NCBI GenBank assembly: GCA_965262915.1
Contig: OZ253564.1
Location: 3,968,001 to 4,032,000 of the forward strand
From: Candidatus Spongiisociaceae bacterium
GTDB lineage: Bacteria > Actinomycetota > Acidimicrobiia > Spongiisociales > Spongiisociaceae
Direction of reading: 5' to 3'
Length of the DNA: 64,000 bases
Part shown: piece after piece, positions 20,173 to 29,530 of the stretch
Layout: every line of letters starts with the position of its first letter
Position numbering within the stretch: the stretch's first letter is position 1
Position numbers and translations under genes: made by a program
Notes under the pieces: generated by a model
Seen by the model: the letters and a program-made list of their open reading frames with translations, nothing else
Told to the model about the DNA's origin: nothing
Database searches by the model: none

Positions 20173-21704
20173 TCTGAACCTATACGGAAAAAGGCGTCAA
20201 GTACGTTTTCCTCCGTGATCTCCTCGGCGACGAGTTCTCTGCGGATACGCCCTGCTGACATCACATATACGCGGTGAGAAAGGTTGACAACCTCGGGCAA
20301 GTCAGATGATATCAGAACGATAGCAGCTCCATCTTCACACAACTGCTGGATAAACCGATATATCTCGACTCGAGCTCCGACGTCGACACCTGCGGTCGGT
20401 TCATCGAAGATATGTAACTCCGCCTCGCGTGTAAGGGCTCGCGCAAAAAGAATCTTCTGCTGGTTTCCGCCCGAGAAGACCTCCACAGGGCGTTCTGGCT
20501 GATTCGGTTGTACGTTGAGCCGACCCATGATGCGATGTACATCGCTGACCTCCTTAGCACCTTTGAGGAACGGGCCGCGTGAGTAGGTTTGCGTAGCAAG
20601 GGCCGACATAGTGATGTTGGCCCTTGCGGGAAGAACACCGGCAAGGCCTTGTCGGCGGCGATCGGCCGGGTAGTAGAGGAGTCCGCGGGCGAGCCGTACC
20701 CGCGGGCCATCCTTCGGCCGAATCGGCTCACTGCCTAACACTATTTCACCACCAGTATGTCTCTGCAGACCGAGGCAAAGCGGTCCCAACCTCTCCTTGC
20801 CAGATCCGACAAGTCCTGCGATGCCTACTACCTCGCCACCTGAGGCATGGATTGATATATCCTCCAATAGCTCACCATGAACGCCGTCCAAACGTAACTT
20901 GACGGGGCCATCGGTCTTCTTGATCTTTGGGAACAGGGCATCCACCTGCCGTCCTGTCATGAGGCGTATGAGCTCATCATCTTCGGCCTTATCGACCCTG
21001 AGTGTCTCTACACGCCTACCATCGCGTAACACCGTGATCCGGTCCCCGATCAGCGAAATCTCCTGCATCCTATGGGTGATGTAGATAATCCCGATGCCCT
21101 CGCTCCGTAGTCGATCAACCAGCTCGAAGAGGCGATTGGTTTCCTTTTCTGTGAGGGTGGTCGTCGGTTCGTCCAAGATCAGAATTTTTGGCTTCGTGTG
21201 CAGCGCTTTGGCGATCTCGACCAGCTGCTGGTCAGCCCTTGACAAGTTGCCTACGATAACGCCAAGAGGAAGGTCTATGCCGAGCGTGGCAATGGCATTG
21301 GCAACGCGTTGTCGGGCAGTTCCTCGATCCAGAACTCCCAGACGGCGCGGCTCGTCACCCATGAGAAGATTCGCTTCCACGGTCATGTTCGGTGCCAAGC
21401 TTTGCTCCTGAAATACAGTGAAGATCCCGAGGCGATGAACTGTAGCTGGTGTGAGCGGCGGCAGCTTCTCACCCTGAATGTAGATCTCTCCCTCCTCAGG
21501 GTGGTACGTGCCCGCGATCACATTGATCAGGGTGGATTTACCAGCGCCGTTTTCTCCAAAGACTACGTGAACCTCGCCCTCACGGAGATTGAAGTCCACC
21601 GTCTTCAGAGCCGTGACCCCAGGGAACCGCTTCGTGACTCCGCGGACCTCTAGCAGAGACGAGGGAGCAGTGGTCAATCTGGGCTCGCTAACTGCCGGTG
21701 CCAT
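20169..21704 (-). CDS. Sugar-type ABC transporter ATP-binding protein (RbsA-like)
   Basis: GENGAGKST, ILDEPT, FSGGNQQK. Confidence 0.92.
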   Translation of the reverse strand: MAPAVSEPRLTTAPSSLLEVRGVTKRFPGVTALKTVDFNLREGEVHVVFGENGAGKSTLINVIAGTYHPEEGEIYIQGEKLPPLTPATVHRLGIFTVFQEQSLAPNMTVEANLLMGDEPRRLGVLDRGTARQRVANAIATLGIDLPLGVIVGNLSRADQQLVEIAKALHTKPKILILDEPTTTLTEKETNRLFELVDRLRSEGIGIIYITHRMQEISLIGDRITVLRDGRRVETLRVDKAEDDELIRLMTGRQVDALFPKIKKTDGPVKLRLDGVHGELLEDISIHASGGEVVGIAGLVGSGKERLGPLCLGLQRHTGGEIVLGSEPIRPKDGPRVRLARGLLYYPADRRRQGLAGVLPARANITMSALATQTYSRGPFLKGAKEVSDVHRIMGRLNVQPNQPERPVEVFSGGNQQKILFARALTREAELHIFDEPTAGVDVGARVEIYRFIQQLCEDGAAIVLISSDLPEVVNLSHRVYVMSAGRIRRELVAEEITEENVLDAFFRIGSE

Positions 21705-21749
21705 ATCGGAACGAGTTCGTGTGAACCGCGGTAACGTCGAGGTGCCAAC

Positions 21750-21788
21750 GGCAGAAAGGGCATCATTGCGTATGACGCCCTTTCTGCC
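21750..21788 (-). terminator. Long stem-loop after substrate-binding gene
   Basis: GGCAGAAAGGGCATCAT-N5-ATGACGCCCTTTCTGCC. Confidence 0.55.
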
Positions 21789-21816
21789 ATCCAGTAGAGC
21801 GAGCCACTCCTAGCGG

Positions 21817-23127
21817 CTACGGCTGATAGCTGAAGACCGGCCGGAAACCGTCCGGTGGTAGGGTCGTGGCCTCCACGAACGTGTCGAGGTTGTTGGCAGC
21901 CTCCCCTGCACCCGGCCCGCAGACAACCAACGGATCGGGTCCAATGTGCTTATAGCCACCAATGAAGGGAACCCCTTCCAGCTTGCGTATGGCAAGGTCC
22001 ACAGCGATCCTCGCCATGATGATGTCGTGTCCAGTGCTGGCGCAGGATGCATCTCCGCTCTTGATCAGTTCATACACCCCCGGCGTGAAGTAGTAGGAAG
22101 CCGATCGGATCTCCTCGCTCAACCCTCGTTCCTCCAATGGTCCGATCGCTGCCTCGACGGTCACGGCACTGCCCACGATGTAGTCCATATCGGGATACGC
22201 GCCAAACGAGTTCTCGACCAATCGGAGTTGGTCATCTTTGTTCGTGTCTCCGTAGAGCACACCCAAGAGCTTGACGTTGCTGCCCTCCGCCTGCTCCCTG
22301 AAGCACGACATCAGTTGCTCGAGTGCTCCGACACCGACGGGGCCGGGGAACCACACTGCGTTGACCGACTCACCCGTGCTCGCCAGGTACCCTCCCAGGT
22401 TGCCTCCCATCAGGCAGTAGTTGAACAGCGCGCGGCCGGCGACACGATCAGTGTTCACCCCGTTGATGAGATCGATAACAACAACGCCGGCGTCCACCAC
22501 CTCTTCGATCTTCGCGTTCAGAGCTTCGTTGCTCACGGCGCCGAGTAGAATCGCATCCGCTCCGCTGGCCACACAGTTATCAATCTGGTCCACCTGGGTG
22601 CCGATCTCGGTGTATCCACCCGCTTCCAACACGGTCAACGAAACACCTGCTCGCTTAGCTTCAGCAATCAGCGCGTAGTCCGTCCCAACCCAATAAGGGT
22701 CTGCAACGTGGGGCAGTGCAGCACAGAGATTCCACACCTGGGTGATCTGATCCTTCGGAATCGGCGTATAGACACCCGAGACCGCTTCTCCCTGGCAACC
22801 CGGGGCATCGCAGTCGATGAAACGGACAGGGAAGGCCCAATCGTCACGAGCGATGGCTTCCTCTATGGCCTCTCGCGTATTGCCCGTTGGATCAGCAACA
22901 ATGCCACCGGCCTCGGTCTGGACCGGTTCAGGTTCAGGTTCGGGTTCGGGTGCGGCGGTCGTAGCAACCGCGGCGGTCTCCGAAGTGGCTGCAGTGTCCG
23001 ATGTATCTCCACCATCAGCGCAGGCCGAAGCGATTAGCGCGAGAACGGCAACCCCAAGGGCAAGACGTAGTCTCCCAGTGAAGAAGCCAGATCTGGCCCG
23101 AGTAAAGAGTCTTACCCGTCTATCCAT
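21817..23127 (-). CDS. TorT-like substrate-binding lipoprotein
   Basis: Lipobox IASAC; WNLCAALPHVADPYW...LTVLEAGGY and WFPGP resemble TorT; PE-repeat linker. Confidence 0.8.
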   Translation of the reverse strand: MDRRVRLFTRARSGFFTGRLRLALGVAVLALIASACADGGDTSDTAATSETAAVATTAAPEPEPEPEPVQTEAGGIVADPTGNTREAIEEAIARDDWAFPVRFIDCDAPGCQGEAVSGVYTPIPKDQITQVWNLCAALPHVADPYWVGTDYALIAEAKRAGVSLTVLEAGGYTEIGTQVDQIDNCVASGADAILLGAVSNEALNAKIEEVVDAGVVVIDLINGVNTDRVAGRALFNYCLMGGNLGGYLASTGESVNAVWFPGPVGVGALEQLMSCFREQAEGSNVKLLGVLYGDTNKDDQLRLVENSFGAYPDMDYIVGSAVTVEAAIGPLEERGLSEEIRSASYYFTPGVYELIKSGDASCASTGHDIIMARIAVDLAIRKLEGVPFIGGYKHIGPDPLVVCGPGAGEAANNLDTFVEATTLPPDGFRPVFSYQP

Positions 23128-23181
23128 GATTCCATCTCTCCTTTGTTGTTCTTTCGCGCATACCGCGAGTGATGTTCACGT

Positions 23182-24444
23182 CTACCACCAACGCATCCGA
23201 GGAGTACTCCAGATTTCGAAGCCATCTGAAGTGACGAGACCATTGTCTTCGTGGAAGACACCGCCGACTCCCTCAGCGCCAAGAAATCCCTCAAGTGCCA
23301 GGTACATACCTGGCACCAGCACAACATCCTCGTTCGGCCGCAGCCACGGGCTTTCCCATGACAGCCCGACGCTGTGTCCGAGTGCCGGATACTCGTCCGC
23401 ACTGAGCGCAAGCGGAGTGTCAGCCGCTGCTTCGGAAAGCCACTGCATCCCCTGTCGGTGGACCTCTCCGGCTGTCATGCCAGGTTTGGTTATCGCCGCG
23501 AGATGTTCGACAAGACCGACGCTTGCCTCCAAGACCTTCAGTTGTTCGTCTGTGGGATCGCCACCCACAACCGTCGTCCGGCCGAAGTCCCACAGGTATC
23601 CCCCATACGCTCCATAGCAGTCGGCATGAAACCAGTCGCCCCGTTCCAGTGGTCGAAACGCATCGTAAGTCGGGAGCCGCGACCACAGGAAGTGATGTGC
23701 GAGTCGGCCGGATGTAGTAGGCATGTCATACATAACGGCACCGGAACCAACGATCACGTTTGCGGCGGCGCGCACTGCGTCAACTTCTCGATTTCCCTCC
23801 TGTACTGCGGCCATCATCGCGTCTACTGCCCGACTACCGATGAGCGCTCCACGACGAAGCACCTCCTGCTCGGCCGGACTCTTGATCCGTCGCAGTTCTT
23901 CGATAAGCATGTCTACAACTATCAGAGTGGTCTTCTGACCGATGTGTTGTTGCAGCCCTATGTAGGCTGCCGCGGACATGAAGCTTGTCCCGACTAGACC
24001 GATCGTGGTGTTATCCGAGAGGCCACTATCACGCAACGCTCTTCCGACTTCCGCATTGATGTCTATCGTCGATCGTACGTCATCAGCAACGACAAGATCT
24101 GGTCTCCACCACGGTCCGTCGACGATAAGTACGGTCGGCCCATTGACGGGAAGAACCAATACGGCATGGGAACGGGCTGATCCGAGTTCCTCGTGATCGG
24201 CGAAGTAGGGATGGGGCGAGTAGTGATTGGTGAGGTAGAAGACCTCAGGATGCATGTCTACGGCACTGCCGCCCCTTGAGTACACGACCAAGCCGTCGAG
24301 CGAGGCCTCTGCTGCCTTGTGACGAACGGCGTCCTGGCGTTGGAGAAACTCCTCCCTTGGGATGAGAGTCTCCGGTTTCGCCGATACGAGCGAATCTGTG
24401 TCGGCGAAACCGAGACCAATGTCGCTGACAGTCATAACCCTCAC
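23182..24444 (-). CDS. M24 family (Xaa-Pro) metallopeptidase-like hydrolase
   Basis: RRIKSPAE; metal ligands in HADCYG, WDFGRT, GHSVG, LEG, HED. Confidence 0.85.
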   Translation of the reverse strand: MRVMTVSDIGLGFADTDSLVSAKPETLIPREEFLQRQDAVRHKAAEASLDGLVVYSRGGSAVDMHPEVFYLTNHYSPHPYFADHEELGSARSHAVLVLPVNGPTVLIVDGPWWRPDLVVADDVRSTIDINAEVGRALRDSGLSDNTTIGLVGTSFMSAAAYIGLQQHIGQKTTLIVVDMLIEELRRIKSPAEQEVLRRGALIGSRAVDAMMAAVQEGNREVDAVRAAANVIVGSGAVMYDMPTTSGRLAHHFLWSRLPTYDAFRPLERGDWFHADCYGAYGGYLWDFGRTTVVGGDPTDEQLKVLEASVGLVEHLAAITKPGMTAGEVHRQGMQWLSEAAADTPLALSADEYPALGHSVGLSWESPWLRPNEDVVLVPGMYLALEGFLGAEGVGGVFHEDNGLVTSDGFEIWSTPRMRWW

Positions 24445-24628
24445 CAGGCAACTCTTGCGCTAGCCCGTTGCTACGCAATCTGCTCTTCGAGCCGTGCTAA
24501 GTTATGCTAACACGTAACAGAAACCCTGCCAAGTGTGTATTTCGTCACCGGGAGAGGACTCTCGGGCGGCGCTCGATTGGGCGATCTCGACGCACGCAGT
24601 GGTCCGCCACGACAAACCAGGAGGTGAA

Positions 24629-25987
24629 GTGAGAGTAGATTTCCAGCGGGTCGCCGAGCTTACCGACAAGATGGAGAAGGCACTGCGGGCCAAGGTGGAA
24701 CGGTCCGCCGGGTTCTTCGAGCGGGCGTTAAAGGTTCTCCCGGCCGGAGTCCCTTCTTCGTTCCAGGATCAACCTCCACACCCCATCTACATCACAGGCG
24801 GCGAGGGAACCCAGGTTTGGGACCTCGACGGTAACTCGTACACCGACTTCCACAACGGCTTCGGAGTGATGGTGATGGGCCATGCCCATCCCATCATCGT
24901 GGATGCCATACGGAAGGCGGCTGGGAAGGGCACGCACTTCGCCATGCCAACCGAGTCAGCGGTCCGGGTGGCCGAGGAATTGTCCCGGCGGTTCCGGCTG
25001 CCGAAGGTTCGCTTCACGAACTCCGGAACGGAGGCCACGCTCGAGGCCATCCACCTGGCCCGTGCCTTCACCGGTCGAGACACCATCGTCAAGTCGGAGG
25101 GGAGTTACCACGGCCATCACGATTCGGTCATGGTGTCGGTGCACCCCGACCCTGCCCAGATCGGGCCACGGGAGGCGCCCGTTTCCGTTCCCTTCACAGC
25201 GGGTATCCCTCAGGCCTTGGTCGACCTTACTTTGTTGGTCCCCTTCAACGATCCCGACGCTCTGGCGGAGCTGCTTTCCTCCCGCGACGACGTAGCCGGA
25301 GTAATCGTCGAGCCGATCATGCTCAACATCGGAGTGATCACGCCGAATGAGGGCTATCTGGAGGCGCTGCGGGAAATCACCGAGCGCCACGGAGTGGTGT
25401 TGATCTTCGACGAGGTCAAGACGGGGGCCACGATCGCTGCGGGCGGTGTCGGAGAACGCTACGGGGTACTGCCTGATTTGGTCTGTCTGGCCAAAGCAAT
25501 CGGAGGTGGCACCCCAATCGGAGCCATCCTCGGGACCGAGGAGATCATGGGACAGATCAGCGACGGCACCGTCAAGCAGCTAGGCACCTTCAATGGAAAC
25601 CCTCTCACAATGGCGGCCGCCGAAGCGACCCTCACGCGGGTATTGGACGACAAGGCCTACCGCCGGCTTGAGGAGGCTGGGAAGCAGATGGTGGAGGGGT
25701 GCCAAGCTATCTGTGACAAATACGATCTGCCCGCCTACGCGGTGGGCGTCTCCGCCAAGGGCTGCGTGATGTTCGCTGAGAAGGCCGTCACCGACTACCG
25801 CTCCTACGCAGACAACTTTCTCGAACCGCTCAACTACCTTGCCTGGCTGTACCACATGAACAACGGGCTGTTGATGACCCCAGGAGCGGACGAGCAGTGG
25901 ACGCTCTCCATCGCTCACACCGATGAGGAGTTAGACCGCTACGTAAGCGTCTTCGAAGAGTTCGCTCGGGACGTCACTCTCGGATAA
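24629..25987 (+). CDS. Class III PLP aminotransferase (glutamate-1-semialdehyde aminomutase-like)
   Basis: GGAGG then GTG at 24629; DLDGNSYTD, RFTNSGTEA, YHGHHD, IFDEVKTG, AKAIGGG, GTFNGNP. Confidence 0.88.
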   Translation: MRVDFQRVAELTDKMEKALRAKVERSAGFFERALKVLPAGVPSSFQDQPPHPIYITGGEGTQVWDLDGNSYTDFHNGFGVMVMGHAHPIIVDAIRKAAGKGTHFAMPTESAVRVAEELSRRFRLPKVRFTNSGTEATLEAIHLARAFTGRDTIVKSEGSYHGHHDSVMVSVHPDPAQIGPREAPVSVPFTAGIPQALVDLTLLVPFNDPDALAELLSSRDDVAGVIVEPIMLNIGVITPNEGYLEALREITERHGVVLIFDEVKTGATIAAGGVGERYGVLPDLVCLAKAIGGGTPIGAILGTEEIMGQISDGTVKQLGTFNGNPLTMAAAEATLTRVLDDKAYRRLEEAGKQMVEGCQAICDKYDLPAYAVGVSAKGCVMFAEKAVTDYRSYADNFLEPLNYLAWLYHMNNGLLMTPGADEQWTLSIAHTDEELDRYVSVFEEFARDVTLG

Positions 25988-26133
25988 GAGGCTCTTCGGA
26001 AATGAGTGGGGAGTCGGGGATCTGCCAGGGGGAGTGGTAATCCACCAGAAGTGAGGGGGGGTCCTCCATAATCGGGTGCTGGAAAACGACATCCGAGGCA
26101 GGAGGACCCCTGTGGAAGCTGATCCCTGCGCGC

Positions 26134-27411
26134 ATGTGCGAGTTGTTGGTAGGCCTGGGCGACGTTGATCTGGTGGGGATCAACGACTCGGGCGAGGGTG
26201 CACCTCTTGAGGTGGTGATCGGGTCCCGCAAGGCCCGCCCGTTGTGTGTGGCGTGTGGCGGCCCGGTGTGGTCCAAGGGTGAGCGGACGGTTGTGTTGGT
26301 GGATTTACCGGCGTTCGGTCGGCCTGTGCGGCTGCGGTGGCGGAAACGCCGTTGGACGTGCCCGAACCCCGACTGTGAGATCAGATCGTTCATCGAACAA
26401 GACCCCACGATTGGTCCCCAACGGGCGTTGTTGACATCCCGAGCGGCGCGGTGGGTGACCATCCAGGTCGGTCGGCGGGGCCGTCCGATCCAAGAGGTCG
26501 CCGCAGAGTTGGGTTGTGATTGGCATACGGTGAACAAAGAGGTTGGCCGCTGGGGCGAAGCGCTGCTGGAAGCCGACACCGATCGGGTCGGGACCGTCGA
26601 AGCTGTGGGAGTGGACGAGACGTTGTTCTGGCGTCGGGGCCGTTGGCGTACCAAAGTCTGGTGCACCTCTGTCGTCGACGTTGGCGGCCACCAGCTGATC
26701 GACATAGTCCCTGGTAGAACAGCAGAAAGCGCCGCAGCCTGGTTCCGGGCGCAGCCCACCGAATGGTGTGAGGCTATCCGCTGGGCGGTGTTGGACATGT
26801 CCGGTTCGTATCGGAAGGCGTATGACAGGGTGTTACCGCACGCTCTGCAGGTAGCGGACCCGTTCCACGTCATACGCCTCGCCAACCAGCGTCTCGACGA
26901 GGTACGACGCCGCACCCAGAACGAAACCCTCGGGCATCGAGGCCGCAAGGATGACCCGCTGTATCGGATACGGCGGCTCCTAACCGCTGCGCATGAGAGG
27001 ATCAGCGACCGGGGTCAAACACGGCTGCGTGGCCTCCTCGACGCTGGTGACCCCCACGGCGAAGTGCGCACAGCCTGGCACGCGAAAGAGACGGTACGAG
27101 GCATCTACGGGATCGAAAGTCCGGTCCTTGCTCTCCGATACACCCTCGGGCTCGCAGACGACCTCCAAGACGAATCCTGCCCACCCGAGATCAACAAGCT
27201 CGGACGTACCATCGCCCGCTGGACCCCCAGATCACCAACTGGCACATCTCGAAGGTAACCAACAGATGCCACCGAAGCCCTCAACAACCTAATCAAACGC
27301 ATCAAACGAGCAGCGTTCGGGTTACCCAACTTCGCGAACTACCGAATCCGCGCCCTTCTCTACGCCGGGAAACCCAACTGGGACCTACTCGCCACCGTCA
27401 CTCCCCACTGA
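26134..27411 (+). pseudogene. ISL3 transposase, frameshifted near 27223 and 27266
   Basis: CxxC zinc finger, VGVDET, LDMSGSY, ADPFHV; C-terminal TEALNNLIKRIKRAAFG..NF.NYRIR in another frame. Confidence 0.88.
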
Positions 27412-27429
27412 AATCCACTCATACTTAGA

Positions 27430-27610
27430 AGGTTCCTGGGCTAGGGCGGGTCTGACCCAACTGAAATCTGGCCTTGTGCCTTTTCATCGATCTGTCGGCC
27501 CGTTCCCGGCCTAGGGCGTAACCCCCTGACCCGGGGCGGATGTGACCTAATAGGAGCCTTCAACTTCTCCACCGTGAGTGGCCTGTCCAACCGCACACGG
27601 GTCCGGGATC
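27430..27610 (+). ncRNA. Predicted IS110 bridge RNA
   Basis: Two stem-loops with internal loops carrying ACTGAAATC (27460-68), TCATCG (27484-89), ATAGGAGC (27550-57), TGAGTG (27575-80) that match target and donor sites; RNA ends approximate. Confidence 0.8.
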
Positions 27611-27645
27611 ATAAGTGAGTCTATCCCCTAGAGGAGAAGAGCATC

Positions 27646-28875
27646 ATGGGAGAAGCAGACCAGATTATCTACGGTGGGGTTGACACCCATCGGGACGTCC
27701 ACGTAGCAGCGGTGGTGGATGGCGTCGGGCGGGTACTGGGATCGGAGTCTTTCGCGGTGGAGGAATCCGGTTATCGGCGAATGGTCACCTGGTTCGAGTC
27801 GCGGGGACAGTTGGTTCGGGTTGGGGTGGAAGGAACGGGTAGTTACGGCGCCGGCCTGGCCCGTTACCTGACCGAGATGAACATCGAGGTGGTGGAGGTC
27901 AACCGCCCCAACCGCCAACTACGCCGCCAGAAGGGCGGCAAGACCGACAGCGTCGACGCCGAGGCGGCAGCTCGGGCAGCTGCCTCGGGCGAAGCAACCG
28001 CGGTTCCCAAGTCCGGTGTGGGCCCGGTCGAGTGCATACGGATGCTGTGGGTGGTGCGCCGCTCCGCGGTCAAGGCCCGCACCCAGGCCGCTAACCAGAT
28101 ACATGCGCTGGTCGTAACAGCTCCCGAGCCGCTAAAACACCAGCTAAAGGGCATGAATCTCAAAGCACGGGTCAAAACCTGTGCCCGGTTCCGACCCGGC
28201 ACAGACCACACCACCACCGCGTATGCGAAGCGTGCCCTACAGCATTTGGCCCGCCGGTATCAGGCCCTCGACGTAGAGATCGCCCAACTCGAAGCCGAGA
28301 TCCGGCGTCTCTGCGCCCAGGCCAACCCGGCCCTGCTGGCCACAGAAGGTGTCGGTCCTGACACAGCCGCCGCGTTGTTGGTCGCCGCCGGCGACAACCC
28401 CAAGCGAATGAAATCGGAACGGTCTTTCGCGGCGCTGTGCGGCGCCAGCCCCGTCCAGGCGTCATCAGGACGAACCCTTCGGCATCGTCTCAACCGGGGC
28501 GGCAACCGCCAAGCCAACAACGCGCTATGGCGGATCGCTACCACCCGGATGCGCACCGACGCCGCCACCAAAGCCTACGTGGCACGACGCAAGGCCGAGG
28601 GCAAGAAGAAAAAGGAGATCATCCGCTGCCTCAAGCGGCACATCGCCCGAGAAATCTACCGGCTCCTCACCAACCCGCACCCAACCCCGAACTGCGCCCG
28701 CCTACGCACCCGACGCCAACAACGCGGCATCACCCTCACCCAGACCGCCCAAGCCGTCGGAACCCACCCCAATCGCATCTCAGCACTCGAACACGGCCGA
28801 GACCACAACCACCACCTCGCCACCCGATACCAGAACTGGCTGCACACCCACCAAACCGCCCCATCATCGATTTGA
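27646..28875 (+). CDS. IS110 DEDD recombinase with C-terminal XRE-like HTH
   Basis: GVDTH, VEGTG, KTDSVDA (DEDD), QASSG serine loop, RGGNRQAN; tail LRTRRQQRGITLTQTAQAVGTHPNRISALEHG. Confidence 0.93.
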   Translation: MGEADQIIYGGVDTHRDVHVAAVVDGVGRVLGSESFAVEESGYRRMVTWFESRGQLVRVGVEGTGSYGAGLARYLTEMNIEVVEVNRPNRQLRRQKGGKTDSVDAEAAARAAASGEATAVPKSGVGPVECIRMLWVVRRSAVKARTQAANQIHALVVTAPEPLKHQLKGMNLKARVKTCARFRPGTDHTTTAYAKRALQHLARRYQALDVEIAQLEAEIRRLCAQANPALLATEGVGPDTAAALLVAAGDNPKRMKSERSFAALCGASPVQASSGRTLRHRLNRGGNRQANNALWRIATTRMRTDAATKAYVARRKAEGKKKKEIIRCLKRHIAREIYRLLTNPHPTPNCARLRTRRQQRGITLTQTAQAVGTHPNRISALEHGRDHNHHLATRYQNWLHTHQTAPSSI

Positions 28876-29109
28876 CAACCATAGGAGCATCGATGAGCCG
28901 GATAAGAGCGGCGGAAGGCTGCAGTCCGTTCAGTTTGCGGGTTCGGTGCGGGAGAAATTGGGAGCGCAGCGTGGTGTCCTCCGGCACACCCCTGGCGAGA
29001 AGGTTACGAACGGCAGGTGCATCTCCGAGGCGCTCGGTTGCAACACAATCTCGTTCGCCACGCGCGATGGAGGCCGTGTCTGGCCACAAACCGGATACCT
29101 CGCAGAAGC

Positions 29110-29138
29110 CGAAAACCCTTGCACTGCAAGGGTTTTCG
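29110..29138 (-). terminator. Hairpin terminator downstream of tRNA
   Basis: CGAAAACCCTTGC-ACT-GCAAGGGTTTTCG. Confidence 0.75.
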
Positions 29139-29142
29139 TTCG

Positions 29143-29217
<75 letters not shown>

Positions 29218-29285
29218 TCGATTGGATTCATGATTGTAGCGCATTTCTCCGGGTTTGGCTACGGCACCGGGCCCCCGGTTGTCGG

Positions 29286-29395
29286 CTACAGACCGGCCGC
29301 GAAGTTGAGTGCCTCGTCGAAGGTGGCGTCCTGAAGTAACAGCCGGCGTATCTTGATCAACGGCCGATCATGTCGATGGATAGAGCGACAGCATC
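29286..29395 (-). pseudogene. C-terminal remnant of a ferredoxin reductase
   Basis: PLIKIRRLLLQDATFDEALNFAAGL* parallels PLMKMRRLVLGQASFDEALEFAAGL* of 54323-55549. Confidence 0.75.
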
Positions 29396-29490
29396 CTCGG
29401 CGACAGCAATCAACCGCGCATGCCTGCTGCCTCGGCGTGAGCCTCCCGTCGGCGCGCCTGGAGGCCGATCGTAGAGCCGCAACACAACTG

Positions 29491-29524
29491 CTACGCTATC
29501 CGCACATCCGTACGTAAAAGGACC
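29491..29524 (+). promoter_or_regulatory. Candidate IclR operator pair
   Basis: CTACGCTATCCGCAC-atcc-GTACG..., similar to 31824-31857. Confidence 0.45.
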
Positions 29525-29530
29525 ATACGC

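Larger units (their letters stand above)
27417..28891 (+). mobile_element. IS110-family element (no terminal IRs, single-C core)
   Basis: Boundaries defined by interrupted ISL3 IRR (GAAATCC|ACTCAT...GGAGCATC|GATGAGCC). Confidence 0.92.
25990..28899 (+). mobile_element. ISL3-family element with IS110 nested in its right inverted repeat
   Basis: IRL GGCTCTTCGGAAATGAGTGGGGAGT (25990-26014); IRR split into 27400-27416 and 28892-28899 (21/25 match when rejoined); 8-bp target duplication GGATAAGA at 25982-25989 and 28900-28907. Confidence 0.93.

Noticed and set aside
24629-25987. hemL (tetrapyrrole synthesis)
   Set aside because: No hem context, the start motif is GVPSSFQ rather than GVNSPVR, and neighbours are amine-catabolic
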